In this document: one piece after another, positions 20,110-30,354 of the stretch
How the letters are laid out: the number at the start of each line of letters is the position of its first letter
Numbering within the stretch: position 1 is the stretch's first letter
Assembly: GCA_965262715.1 (NCBI GenBank)
Contig: OZ253553.1
Coordinates: 1,536,001-1,600,000, forward strand
Direction of reading: 5' to 3'
Source of the DNA: Bdellovibrionales bacterium
GTDB taxonomy: Bacteria; Bdellovibrionota; Bdellovibrionia; Bdellovibrionales; JAUICD01
DNA: 64,000 nt
Notes under the pieces: model-generated
Database searches by the model: none
Told to the model about the DNA's origin: nothing
The model's input: only the letters and a program-made list of their open reading frames with translations
Program-made: the position numbers and the translations under genes

Positions 20110-20138
20110 AATAAAAAGTTCTAGATTTTTAGTATTTC

Positions 20139-21557
20139 TTAAAATTGACGGGCTTGGTTTTTGACATCAAGCGCTGCCTCTCTCATCACTTCACTGAGTG
20201 TGGGATGAGCATGAAAAGAACGACCAATATCTTCACTTGTTGCAGAAAACTCCATAGCAACAACTGCCTCGGCTAAAATATCAGAGGCTCTTGGACCTAT
20301 AACATGACAGCCTAATATTTGATCTGTTTGCTTATCTGCTAAAAATTTAACAAAGCCGCTAACCTCACCAATAGCTTTAGCTCTGCCGTTAGCTACAAAT
20401 GGAAATTTACCTTTGTTATAATCTATGTTATTTTCCTTTAAATATTTTTCTGTATATCCTACACTTGCTACCTCTGGCCAAGTATAAATAACAGACGGTA
20501 GAGTAAAGTAATTCACATAAGCTTTTTGATGAGCGATGATCTCTGCAACAGCCACTCCTTCTTCCTCCGCCTTATGTGCTAACATAGGGCCCTCAATGAC
20601 ATCTCCAATGGCATAGATTCCATGAACATTTGTTTCAAAGTTTTTATTGATCTGAATTTGCCCTCGATTAGAACACTGAATACCTAACTTATCTAAACCT
20701 AAACCCTCATTATAAGGTTTTCTACCAATAGCAACTAAACAGATATCACCTTTTAAAGAACTAGCTTGCTTATCATGATCCTCTACTTTTAAAGTCACTT
20801 CTTTCTTACCTATATTAGCAGAAATCACTTTCGTATTGATCAAAATATCCATACCTTGCTTAGTTAAAACTTTTTTAAGCTCACTACTTAGAGACTCATC
20901 CATTCCTGCGCAAATATGAGGTGCAGCCTCAATCACTGTGACTTTAGCTCCCAAACGTAACCAGACAGAGGCCATTTCTAAACCAACAGCTCCTCCGCCA
21001 ATAACTAAGAGATGTTTTGGCACATGAGATAAGCTCAGCGCTTCAGTAGAGCTAATGACTCTTTCGCCATCAAATTTTAAAAAAGGAAGCTCTATAGGAA
21101 CACTACCTGATGCAATCACAATAGAGTTGGTATTTATCTTTTGAGTTTTTTCATTTTCTTGAATTATTTCTACACTCTTGGTCGAAGTGATTCTTCCAAA
21201 TCCATAAAATAATTGAACCTTGTTTTTTTTAAGTAAAAAACTAATACCTTTTGTTAAATCTTGAACAATGTTTTCTTTCCTTTTCATCATAGTAGATAAG
21301 TCAAGCTCGTAATTCACTTTGATGCCATGCTTTGCTGCATCTTCTTTCATAAAAGCAAAGTGTTCAGAAGAATCAAGTAAGGCCTTACTAGGAATACATC
21401 CTATATTTAAACATGTTCCTCCTACACTAGATTCCTTTTCTACCACAGCTGTTTTTAAACCAAGTTGAGCTGCTTTAATAGCTCCTGTATATCCTCCAGG
21501 TCCTGCGCCAATAAACACCACATCAAAGTCCATCTTTATCATCTCCTTGCTTATCAA
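20139..21557 (-). CDS. lpdA: Dihydrolipoamide dehydrogenase (E3)
   Basis: GAGPGG, GGTCLNIGCIPSK and HAHPTLSE motifs. Confidence 0.97.
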   Translation of the reverse strand: MISKEMIKMDFDVVFIGAGPGGYTGAIKAAQLGLKTAVVEKESSVGGTCLNIGCIPSKALLDSSEHFAFMKEDAAKHGIKVNYELDLSTMMKRKENIVQDLTKGISFLLKKNKVQLFYGFGRITSTKSVEIIQENEKTQKINTNSIVIASGSVPIELPFLKFDGERVISSTEALSLSHVPKHLLVIGGGAVGLEMASVWLRLGAKVTVIEAAPHICAGMDESLSSELKKVLTKQGMDILINTKVISANIGKKEVTLKVEDHDKQASSLKGDICLVAIGRKPYNEGLGLDKLGIQCSNRGQIQINKNFETNVHGIYAIGDVIEGPMLAHKAEEEGVAVAEIIAHQKAYVNYFTLPSVIYTWPEVASVGYTEKYLKENNIDYNKGKFPFVANGRAKAIGEVSGFVKFLADKQTDQILGCHVIGPRASDILAEAVVAMEFSATSEDIGRSFHAHPTLSEVMREAALDVKNQARQF

Positions 21558-21579
21558 CTTGAATCACAATAAATATTTC

Positions 21580-22869
21580 TTAAATCTGAAGTAACATCCT
21601 ACGTATATCCTGCATGCTTTCCTTGACCTTCACTAGAAACCCTACAGCCTCACGTCCATCTATAATACGGTGATCATAAGAAAGTGCTACATACATAACT
21701 TTTCGAATTTTAATCTGACCATCTATGACCATAGCGCGGTCATTGATAGCATGCATACCAAGAATACCACTTTGTGGAGGATTTAAAATAGGCGTAGATA
21801 ATAAAGACCCAAAAGTTCCACCATTTGTAATAGAAAAAGTTCCACCACTTAAATCGTCTATAGAAATTTTCCCGCCTTTTGCATTTTGCGCAAATTCTTT
21901 AATCTCTATTTCAATTTTGGCTAAACTTTTAAGATCAACATCTCTTAAAACAGGGACCATCAACCCTCGAGGTGTACTGACAGCTACTCCTATGTTATAA
22001 AAATGATTGTAAACAAGATGATCATCTTTAATAAAACCATTCAATAAAGGATAAGTCTTTAATCCTTCAATACAAGCCTTGATAAATAAGCTCATTAAAC
22101 CTAACTTAACTCCATGCTTTTTGATGAACTCTTCTTGATACTGCTGTCTTAACTGCATGGTATCAGTTAAATCTATTTCATTAAATGTTGTTAATATAGC
22201 TGCTGTGTTCTGCACCTCTTTTAGGCGACGAGCAATAACACGTCGAATAGTTGAAAGAGGTTTTGTTTCTGTCCTTTGCCCAGTAACCTGTGTTTGTTTA
22301 ATAGTTGTTAACTCTAAGGCAGGTGTTTTTTGTGTTGATTCTTGATGTTGCATCTTCCCTTTTAAGTTCTGTTTTGTGATTTTGTTATCTTGAGCTAACT
22401 TCTCTACAAGCTCACTATCAACCTCTGGATCATTAATGATAAGGTGTCGAGCTGCTGGAGAGAATTTTTTAAGTGCATCTAAGTTTTCAATAGGCTTTTG
22501 ACCTGAGGAAGCACCTGATGACCTCTGAGCTTGTTGACTTATTTGCGGTTCTGGTTTTTCATCCACTGACTCTATGATTGGTGGTTTTGAACTGATTTTT
22601 TGAGCCTTATCAGCAGCTTTTTCATCACTAGTAGGTTCTAAGGCACCTACAGAACTTCCTACGGGTATGGTGCTACCTTTAGGTTTCAGAATTTTAAGTA
22701 TGCCTGGTTTTTCAGCTTCTATCTCAACAGAGGCCTTATCTGTTTCTAAAACTAATAAGACATCACCCACTTGAATAAAGTCTCCATCTTTTTTACACCA
22801 TTCAGCGATAGTGACTTCTAAGACAGACTCTCCGACTGAAGGAATTTTAATATCATAACTCACTTGCAA
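21580..22869 (-). CDS. sucB: 2-oxoglutarate dehydrogenase E2 succinyltransferase
   Basis: Lipoyl ETDKA; SYDHRIIDG; adjacent to sucA. Confidence 0.96.
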   Translation of the reverse strand: MQVSYDIKIPSVGESVLEVTIAEWCKKDGDFIQVGDVLLVLETDKASVEIEAEKPGILKILKPKGSTIPVGSSVGALEPTSDEKAADKAQKISSKPPIIESVDEKPEPQISQQAQRSSGASSGQKPIENLDALKKFSPAARHLIINDPEVDSELVEKLAQDNKITKQNLKGKMQHQESTQKTPALELTTIKQTQVTGQRTETKPLSTIRRVIARRLKEVQNTAAILTTFNEIDLTDTMQLRQQYQEEFIKKHGVKLGLMSLFIKACIEGLKTYPLLNGFIKDDHLVYNHFYNIGVAVSTPRGLMVPVLRDVDLKSLAKIEIEIKEFAQNAKGGKISIDDLSGGTFSITNGGTFGSLLSTPILNPPQSGILGMHAINDRAMVIDGQIKIRKVMYVALSYDHRIIDGREAVGFLVKVKESMQDIRRMLLQI

Positions 22870-22965
22870 TCTCCTTTGATTTTCACCTCTTTATAGTCTT
22901 TAAAACATCACTGAAAGTAGGATTCAATCATTTTTAAAAACTCCACTAATCTCCACTTAATATTT

Positions 22966-25743
22966 TCATTGCATTTGATTTAGTGCAATCTGAATGATTT
23001 TTTGTTGTTCTAGTTTATGTCTTTGGCTGGAACCCGTTGCTGGGCTTGAACTAGGAGGTCGCCCTATGTATTTAAACTCTTTTTCTAAATTAAGGGACCT
23101 TAGCAAAGAATACATGTAAAAGCTTACAAAATGAAAGGCTCCCATATTTTGAGATTCTTCCTGAACCCAACGGATTTGCTGTAAATGAGGATAATTTGCC
23201 AAAATGTCTCTTAACTTATGGTACGGAAAAGGATAAATTTGCTCTAAGCGCAAAACAGCTTGATGTTGTTCTGATTTTTGCAAGGCTTGTTTTTCTCTTT
23301 CAGCCATCAACTCATAATAAATCTTACCTGAACAAAGAAGAACTTCCCTGACTTTATTGGGATCAATGGTGTTATCAAGTAAAATTTCCTTAAACCCTAT
23401 ATCTTCAGTACAAATCTCATCAACATGAGAAATCACTTTTGGATGTCTTAAGAGAGACTTAGGTGACATGACAATAAGAGGCTTCCTAAAGTCTCTTATC
23501 TGTTGCCTTCTCAATAAATGGAAAATTTGGGCTGGTGTTGTAGGGTAACACACTTGGATATTGTTATTAATGCACTGAGTTAGATAACGCTCCAGCCTTG
23601 CACTGGAATGCTCTGGTCCCTGTCCTTCATAACCATGAGGTAAAAGCAGCACAATGCCACTCATGCGATTCCATTTTTCTTCTGCAGACACAATAAATTG
23701 ATCAATAATCACTTGAGCTCCATTGGCAAAATCTCCAAATTGAGCTTCCCAAATTGTGAGCATCCAAGGATTAGCTGTTGAAGCTCCATAGTCAAAACCT
23801 AAAACAGCAACTTCCGACAATAAGCTGTTGTGAATAAAAAAGTCAGCCTTTCCGGGGTTTAGTCCACTCAAAGGAGAATATTCTTTTTCTGTTTGAGTAT
23901 CAAAAAACTTAGCATGTCTATGAGAAAACGTTCCTCTTACGACATCTTGACCTGTAAGACGAACACTCGTTCCTTCTAAAATGAGAGCGCCATAAGCAGC
24001 CATCTCCGCAAAAGACCAATTGATAAGTTTATTATCAACATAATTTTGATAGGCTCTTTTGTATTGCTTTTCTAATTTAGGGTGCCAATGAAACCCTTTA
24101 GGAGGATGGGTCATCGCTTCAAATGTCTTATCAACATCTGTTTTAAGAGCTGCTGTCTCTACAAATAAAAACTGAGATTGATCATCATTGACTTTTTTTA
24201 AACCCTTCCAAGCTCCTCCAATAACTTCTATTTGTTTTTTTTGTGGCTCTGATCTAACAGTCTCTAGTATTTCCTGTAGTTGTGTTATTTTATTTTTATA
24301 ATATGTTTGCACTTCATCTGCAGTCACTACACCTTCATTAATAAGCTGTTTTGACCATATTTGATAAACCGAAGGATGGTTCTTGATCACCTGGTACAAA
24401 CGAGGCTGTGTGTACATAGGCTCGTCTCCTTCATTGTGTCCATATCGACGATATCCTAAGTGTCGAATCACAATATCTGACTTAAAAGCTTTGCGGTAGG
24501 CCACTGCTATCTGCGCAACCCGCACGACAGATTCAACGGCATCAGCATTGACATGTATCACAGGAATATCACAAACCTTAGTAATATCAGAAGAATAAGG
24601 AGTTGATCTTGCCTCTTCAGGATTAGTGGTAAATCCAATTTGGTTATCAAATATAATATGGATAATACCTCCAACTTCATACCCTTTCAACTTTCCCATT
24701 TGAAATAACTCGTAAACCACCCCTTGACCTGAAAAAGCAGCATCTCCGTGCATAATAATAGGTAGAATTTGATCTTTCTTGCTATCATTTTGCAATAGCT
24801 GCTTGGCCCAAGTGCTGCCTGCAACGACAGGGGTTACTGATTCTAAATGTGAAGGATTAAATGCTAAAGAAATATGTACAGAGCCTTTTTCAGTCTTTCG
24901 ATCTGCGGAAAATCCTAAGTGATATTTGACATCACCACCTGGATTAGTGAGATGAGCCTCTACCCTACCATCAAATTCAGCTAAGACATTCTTGACAGCC
25001 TTCCCCATAAAGTTAGTGAGCACATTGATTCTTCCTCTGTGAGCCATGCCAATAATAAGCTCTTTGATAGAAGCTTGCTGTAAGATCATCTCTAGAAGTG
25101 TGATACCTGTATCATTGCCTTCTATAGAAAAACGCTTCATTCCTACAAAACGTGAATGTAGAAACTTTTCCATAGCTTCCACAGATATAAGTTCATAAAG
25201 CAGTCTCTTTTTTTGCTCTGCACTGAGACGAGGAGAAATACCCTTATTTTCAAATTCATCGATCAAGAATTTCCTCTTATCTTCAGAACAATTATTAAAC
25301 TGCACACTAAGGGTAGAACAATAAGTTTTGATTAAAGAAGAAACATCATTAAGGTTTTGAGAATTAACACTACTACTGCTTGATGAAGCATGACTATTTG
25401 TTTGAGAGGCTTCTTGCTGCTCAGGTAAGCCTAACTTTTTGTAAAGCTCTTTTGGGTCTTTGTTGATTAAGTTTAAAGGATCAAGCCTGGCATAAATATG
25501 CGCCTGATTGCGTAAGTTCTCTATAACAGACTGGCCTTCAAAAGAAGGTTGTTTTTTAGGGGCTGCACTTTGATTTAAACCAAACTCAAAACCTTCAAAA
25601 AATTTTTGCCACTGTTGATCTACAGAATCTGGCTTTTCTAGATAGTCATTGTAGAGAGATTCTATGTATTCCTTATTGCTATTTGTAAAATAATCCGCCT
25701 TATTTTTTGTTACCACCCTCTGTGTTTTTAAAAAACCACTCAT
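22966..25743 (-). CDS. sucA: 2-oxoglutarate dehydrogenase E1
   Basis: GMAHRGR, HGDAAF.GQG, WEAQFGDFANGAQ and PHGYEGQGPEHSSAR motifs. Confidence 0.97.
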   Translation of the reverse strand: MSGFLKTQRVVTKNKADYFTNSNKEYIESLYNDYLEKPDSVDQQWQKFFEGFEFGLNQSAAPKKQPSFEGQSVIENLRNQAHIYARLDPLNLINKDPKELYKKLGLPEQQEASQTNSHASSSSSSVNSQNLNDVSSLIKTYCSTLSVQFNNCSEDKRKFLIDEFENKGISPRLSAEQKKRLLYELISVEAMEKFLHSRFVGMKRFSIEGNDTGITLLEMILQQASIKELIIGMAHRGRINVLTNFMGKAVKNVLAEFDGRVEAHLTNPGGDVKYHLGFSADRKTEKGSVHISLAFNPSHLESVTPVVAGSTWAKQLLQNDSKKDQILPIIMHGDAAFSGQGVVYELFQMGKLKGYEVGGIIHIIFDNQIGFTTNPEEARSTPYSSDITKVCDIPVIHVNADAVESVVRVAQIAVAYRKAFKSDIVIRHLGYRRYGHNEGDEPMYTQPRLYQVIKNHPSVYQIWSKQLINEGVVTADEVQTYYKNKITQLQEILETVRSEPQKKQIEVIGGAWKGLKKVNDDQSQFLFVETAALKTDVDKTFEAMTHPPKGFHWHPKLEKQYKRAYQNYVDNKLINWSFAEMAAYGALILEGTSVRLTGQDVVRGTFSHRHAKFFDTQTEKEYSPLSGLNPGKADFFIHNSLLSEVAVLGFDYGASTANPWMLTIWEAQFGDFANGAQVIIDQFIVSAEEKWNRMSGIVLLLPHGYEGQGPEHSSARLERYLTQCINNNIQVCYPTTPAQIFHLLRRQQIRDFRKPLIVMSPKSLLRHPKVISHVDEICTEDIGFKEILLDNTIDPNKVREVLLCSGKIYYELMAEREKQALQKSEQHQAVLRLEQIYPFPYHKLRDILANYPHLQQIRWVQEESQNMGAFHFVSFYMYSLLRSLNLEKEFKYIGRPPSSSPATGSSQRHKLEQQKIIQIALNQMQ

Positions 25744-25852
25744 TTTTAACCTTTCTTCTATTTACAAATGCCACCTAAAGTTTTTACAGCCAGCTTAGAT
25801 ATTAATATAAAGATGAAATAACAAGCAATAGTAAAGAGAATGTATTTTACAT

Positions 25853-26539
25853 CTAAAGCTTCATTTTACCATCATCTGTATAGATATACTCCATTTTAAT
25901 GTGTGGAAATTGATGTAATTTAAAATACATTCTTGCCAGCTTTCTGAAAACTTCTTTTTGTTCGTATTCACCAGACTTTCTAACACTGTTGATTTGACTT
26001 AGAATAAACTTTCTAGCTTCTATAGGATGAACACAAATGCCATTAAGTACTTGATATAATTTGCCTATTAGCACAAGCCGTCCTTCAAAACATTCTTTTT
26101 TTTTCAAATAAGAGATTTTTGAAATCTTATCAACTTGAGTCTTCTTATTGGTTATTAAATCTTTAATGATCACACTATCTTTATTTACCTTTATCAACTC
26201 AAACAAACTATGTTGATGATGAGAAAGAGTTTCTAATAAAGAAAGTTCATCCTTGTCTATTTTTAGACTTTCCTGAATCTTTTTTGACTCCATAACCTCT
26301 TCTATCGATGTTAGACCCGTTTGTTCAAGATGATAATCAAACAAGTACCAATCTAGAAATTGAGACATTTTGATATCAAATTGATGTGAATCTTCCTCTG
26401 AAGGCAGCAAATAGCCAAAAAAATCTTTTTTAGCAAACTCCACATCCTGTCTATAAACAGCTGCTGTGAAATATGTCACAACTTTGTCTAAGGGCTTATA
26501 ATATTTCATATAGTTTTTTTCTTCTCTATCTAAAAACAA
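25853..26539 (-). CDS. Hypothetical protein
   Basis: 228-aa ORF abutting rluD; FLDWYLFDY and SLFE motifs; function unknown. Confidence 0.7.
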   Translation of the reverse strand: MFLDREEKNYMKYYKPLDKVVTYFTAAVYRQDVEFAKKDFFGYLLPSEEDSHQFDIKMSQFLDWYLFDYHLEQTGLTSIEEVMESKKIQESLKIDKDELSLLETLSHHQHSLFELIKVNKDSVIIKDLITNKKTQVDKISKISYLKKKECFEGRLVLIGKLYQVLNGICVHPIEARKFILSQINSVRKSGEYEQKEVFRKLARMYFKLHQFPHIKMEYIYTDDGKMKL

Positions 26540-27553
26540 TTATTTATTTTCAATTCCACTAGCAAAGAGAATATTCAATAGATCATCTGGCCAACCCACT
26601 TCAAATTCTAAATATCGATGGTCATAAGGATGTCGAAAGCCTAATTTAGAAGCGTGCAAAGCAAGTCTTGGTAAATTTCTTATAGATTGTTGTAACTCAG
26701 GGGGTTTTAGCAAATGAATACGCTTTTTTTTACCATAAACCCAATCTCCCACAATAGGATGGTTTTGCTGTGCAAGATGTACACGAATTTGATGTGTTCT
26801 TCCTGTTCCTAATGTTAAATGTAATAGAGATACTCCATTATAAGACCGTATAACATTGTAATATGTGATAGCTTCCTTACCTTTCTGGCTCTCTTTTTGA
26901 GGCACACTATAAAAACGTTTCCTGTCTCTAGGATGTCTGGCAATTCTTGATTTAATTTGACCAGAAGATTTTTGAGGCACTCCAAAGACCAAAGCCCAAT
27001 AGCAACGTGTCACTAAGCGAGATGCAAATTGTTTGACGAGTTCTAAATGAGCAAAATTACTTTTGGCAATGACAAGTAGCCCGCTGGTGTCTTTATCAAT
27101 ACGATGGACAATACCAGGTCTATATCGATTTATTTGGTCACTTTCTAATAAACTTGTTGTTGATTTAAAAAAAGAAAGATTTTTTGTATAGCCAATCAGA
27201 GCATTCACAAGTGTGTCTTGAAAATGCCCAGCCCCTGGATGCACAACAAGGTGGGCTGGTTTATTGACCACAAGAACCCAGTGATCTTCAAAAATAATGT
27301 TGAGCTCTTGAGAAGAAGGCATAATCTGTGTCATGTTATTTTGATTTTGAGAAAGGTAAAGTGTCAGAGTATCACCTTCTTTACATTTGTAAGAAGGTTT
27401 ACAAGGTATATTATTTGCAAAAATTGAATGCTCCTGAAAAACTTTTAAAGTATTTGACCTGGACAAGAAAGGTACTTGCCTAGACACTACAATATCTGCC
27501 CTTTGACCCTTGAGCTTTTGGTCTATAAAAATAGCGATTTTTTTCTTAGACAT
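26540..27553 (-). CDS. rluD: RluA/RluD-family pseudouridine synthase
   Basis: S4-like N-terminus; VNKP, GIVHRIDKDTSG and TGRTHQIRVH motifs. Confidence 0.92.
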   Translation of the reverse strand: MSKKKIAIFIDQKLKGQRADIVVSRQVPFLSRSNTLKVFQEHSIFANNIPCKPSYKCKEGDTLTLYLSQNQNNMTQIMPSSQELNIIFEDHWVLVVNKPAHLVVHPGAGHFQDTLVNALIGYTKNLSFFKSTTSLLESDQINRYRPGIVHRIDKDTSGLLVIAKSNFAHLELVKQFASRLVTRCYWALVFGVPQKSSGQIKSRIARHPRDRKRFYSVPQKESQKGKEAITYYNVIRSYNGVSLLHLTLGTGRTHQIRVHLAQQNHPIVGDWVYGKKKRIHLLKPPELQQSIRNLPRLALHASKLGFRHPYDHRYLEFEVGWPDDLLNILFASGIENK

Positions 27554-28154
27554 AAAGAGCTTTGTACAAGGACATATACGAATCTACAACTCTCTTGGTA
27601 TCTAATGAGAGACATTTAGCATATTGTGAAATAAATCCTCTGACAAATACAGGAGCTGGGAGTAATTGATATTCGTTATTCTCAATAGCTATAAGATAAG
27701 GTTTTCCAATGCGTGTTATGAGAGATATCTGACTTATTGAGATATTTTTGTAATTGCGGATACTTTGTAAAAAAGGACCATCAAAAACATCTCGCTCTTC
27801 TATTTGTTTTTCAAATATGGGGTTTTTCTTATAATGACTTTTAATTGCCATATTTCTACTTAATAGCCGTTGTTTTTCTTTATGAATATTCACAGACTTT
27901 GAGATTTCTTTATCATAGGCCTTACGCCTCATAGGATGGCTCAAAATAAAATAGGCTTGATCTATAAGCTTGCGAAGGTCTTCTATTTCCTGTTTAGAAA
28001 ATACAGATAGGACATTGCGATTATGAGACGAATATGTGTTTTTAGCTCTAATATAAGCTGTGTGGATCTCTGTATTAGAAGATGAATTAGGTATTTCTAA
28101 TGTGTCATAGTATGTTCTTGTTGCTTGACTTACTTTGATCATAGGACCCATCAC
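27546..28154 (-). CDS. DnaJ-like N-domain plus RodZ-type HTH protein
   Basis: YYDTLEI..EI..AY..AY..LS.P..R..YD without HPD; then YL.AIE....LPAPVFVRGF...YA..L.LD. Confidence 0.75.
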   Translation of the reverse strand: MMGPMIKVSQATRTYYDTLEIPNSSSNTEIHTAYIRAKNTYSSHNRNVLSVFSKQEIEDLRKLIDQAYFILSHPMRRKAYDKEISKSVNIHKEKQRLLSRNMAIKSHYKKNPIFEKQIEERDVFDGPFLQSIRNYKNISISQISLITRIGKPYLIAIENNEYQLLPAPVFVRGFISQYAKCLSLDTKRVVDSYMSLYKALYV

Positions 28155-28342
28155 TTATTTAGTTATCAAGTGGTAAAAAATTTACATTTACATACAATTT
28201 TAACAATATAAATTCATTTTGTTAAAGAAAAAATGCACCTCATATTTTATTAGAAAAGAAGGTTGCCTTACTTACCTTAAAGGCTAATGCTATTTTTTGA
28301 TCTTGTCTACTGACATTTACTGAAACGATCTATCATAAACCA

Positions 28343-29134
28343 TCATAAAAAATATATCAACCAAGAGAAAATTGGAGTTGCAAATAAGATACTATCGATA
28401 CGATCTAAGGCACCTCCATGGCCTGGCATAAAATAGCCAGAATTTTTAACACGAGCATTACGTTTTAAAAGGGATTCAAAAAAATCTCCAATTTGCCCTG
28501 CAAAAGCAGTGATTATGCAAGTGGAGATGAAAAACATAGCAGATAAATTTGTATACCAAAGAAAATAGCAAATATAACCTGCCAACCCTGATCCGCAAAG
28601 GCCACTTAAAGAGCCAATCCATGTCTTCTGAGGGGATAAATGAGGGAGTACCTTTTTCTTTCCCCAAAGATAACCAAAGATATAAGCCATAGTATCTCCA
28701 ACAAATATGATAGCACAAAGGGTAATAAGCAGCCTTATATCAAGTTTAAGCATTTCTATGATTAAAGACGGAATATACCCTAAATAAACCACCCCAAAAG
28801 CCATAGCAAAAATAAACCATTGATGTGTTTTTTGAGAGGATTTTAACAGTTCATTGAAAATCAGAATGAGAGATAAAGAGGGTATTAAAATATATAGATA
28901 GGGCAAATCTGCTCTATGCAAGCAAATTTGACAAAGCAGGATAAAACAAATCCCTGTTATGACATTTTTTTTTTGTTTTTTGTCAATTATAAGATGCATA
29001 TATTCCCATGTAGCTATTAAGCATACAAGAGTTACGTAGATCTGAATGCCTTTGATATTCCAAAAGATATATGCACCTACGAGAAGTGTAAGTGCTATAA
29101 TCGCTGAAAGACATCTTAAATAAAAGTTTTTCAT
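28343..29134 (-). CDS. cdsA: Phosphatidate cytidylyltransferase
   Basis: SPQKTW.G, GDFFES.LKR and PGHGGALDRIDS motifs. Confidence 0.95.
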   Translation of the reverse strand: MKNFYLRCLSAIIALTLLVGAYIFWNIKGIQIYVTLVCLIATWEYMHLIIDKKQKKNVITGICFILLCQICLHRADLPYLYILIPSLSLILIFNELLKSSQKTHQWFIFAMAFGVVYLGYIPSLIIEMLKLDIRLLITLCAIIFVGDTMAYIFGYLWGKKKVLPHLSPQKTWIGSLSGLCGSGLAGYICYFLWYTNLSAMFFISTCIITAFAGQIGDFFESLLKRNARVKNSGYFMPGHGGALDRIDSILFATPIFSWLIYFL

Positions 29135-29164
29135 CTTTGTGAATATTTAATGTTCTTAGATTCC

Positions 29165-29866
29165 CTAAGAAATAGCACCAAATCTCCGCTTTCTTTTGTG
29201 ATAAAGGTTAATAATACGGTTTAAATCTCTTATAGAAAAGCTAGGCCAGTTTTTTTTAAGAAAAAATAGCTCAGCATAAGAGGCCTTCCAAAGCAAGAAA
29301 TTAGAAAGACGTTTTTCACCACTGGTTCGAATAATAATATCTGGATGAGGTAAAAAGTATGTTTCTAAATAGCGATGAATAAGCTCCTCTGTTATATCTT
29401 TTACTTTTATTTTCTCTAATAAAACATCCTTTGCAATATTTTGCATTGCCAGCTGGATTTCTTGTTTGCCTCCATAATTTAAAGCAATGGTTAAGGTCAT
29501 TCCTGTATTTGTTTTTGTCTTTTCTATAGATTTTTTAATTTTTTGCTGTATATCAAGAGAAAGTTTTTTTGTATATCCAATTGAGCAAAACCTTACATTG
29601 TTTTTCATCATTGTGTGGATTTCACTATCTAAGTATTTACTTAGAAGCCTCATAAGAATATCTAATTCTTTTTGTGGTCGTTTCCAATTTTCCGTGCTAA
29701 ATGCAAAAAGAGTGAGATATTTAAGCCTCTTTTTGACAGAAGCTGTAACAATGTTATGGACAGTTTCGGCTCCCATATTATGGCCATAAGTACGAGCATA
29801 CCCTTGTGTTTTTGCCCAACGGCCATTCCCATCCATAATAATTGCAATATGTTGCGGAGTATTCAC
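29165..29866 (-). CDS. uppS: Undecaprenyl diphosphate synthase
   Basis: HIAIIMDGNGRWA, FSTENWKR and RTSGEKRLSNFL motifs. Confidence 0.96.
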   Translation of the reverse strand: MNTPQHIAIIMDGNGRWAKTQGYARTYGHNMGAETVHNIVTASVKKRLKYLTLFAFSTENWKRPQKELDILMRLLSKYLDSEIHTMMKNNVRFCSIGYTKKLSLDIQQKIKKSIEKTKTNTGMTLTIALNYGGKQEIQLAMQNIAKDVLLEKIKVKDITEELIHRYLETYFLPHPDIIIRTSGEKRLSNFLLWKASYAELFFLKKNWPSFSIRDLNRIINLYHKRKRRFGAIS

Positions 29867-29878
29867 TTAAACCTCGTT

Positions 29879-30020
29879 TCACTCAAAATAAACCAGCCTT
29901 TCAAGGCGAGCCTCTGGCTGTTTTTGGACAGTCAGCCTGAAGACTTACGTTACGGGATATATCCCCTTCAAGAAAATGCTGACTGCCTCAAAAATCCATT
30001 TATTTTGAGTAGAGAAAATC
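29879..30020 (+). repeat. Family A copy 2
   Basis: Outer stem 29881-29892/29999-30010; core gcctttcaaggcgagcctctgg; inner cagtcagc/gctgactg. Confidence 0.85.
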
Positions 30021-30354
30021 TCTTCATTTTTTTATAACATGTTAAGGAAATCCTGCATAAACACCATTATAAATAAAATACAATTTTATAAACATTTTGT
30101 AATTTAATCATCTGTTTGTGAATTACACAATAATTCTTTAAAGTTGCCTTATAGTATTTCTGTTTGTAAGACTTTACTACTTGTTTGCTAAAACGGCAAA
30201 TCACTTACTGATAACAGACACAGGCTGTCTGTTTCCTTGATTGCCCGATCACCGTATTAAAATAAAGACTTAATAAGATATAGTTTACAACTTCAATATC
30301 TTACCTCGAAATGGCAACACCACCTTAGTTATAAGCCTAAATCATTATTGATAT

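Noticed and set aside
29672..30037. 121-aa ORF on the + strand
   Set aside because: Antisense to uppS and runs through family A copy 2
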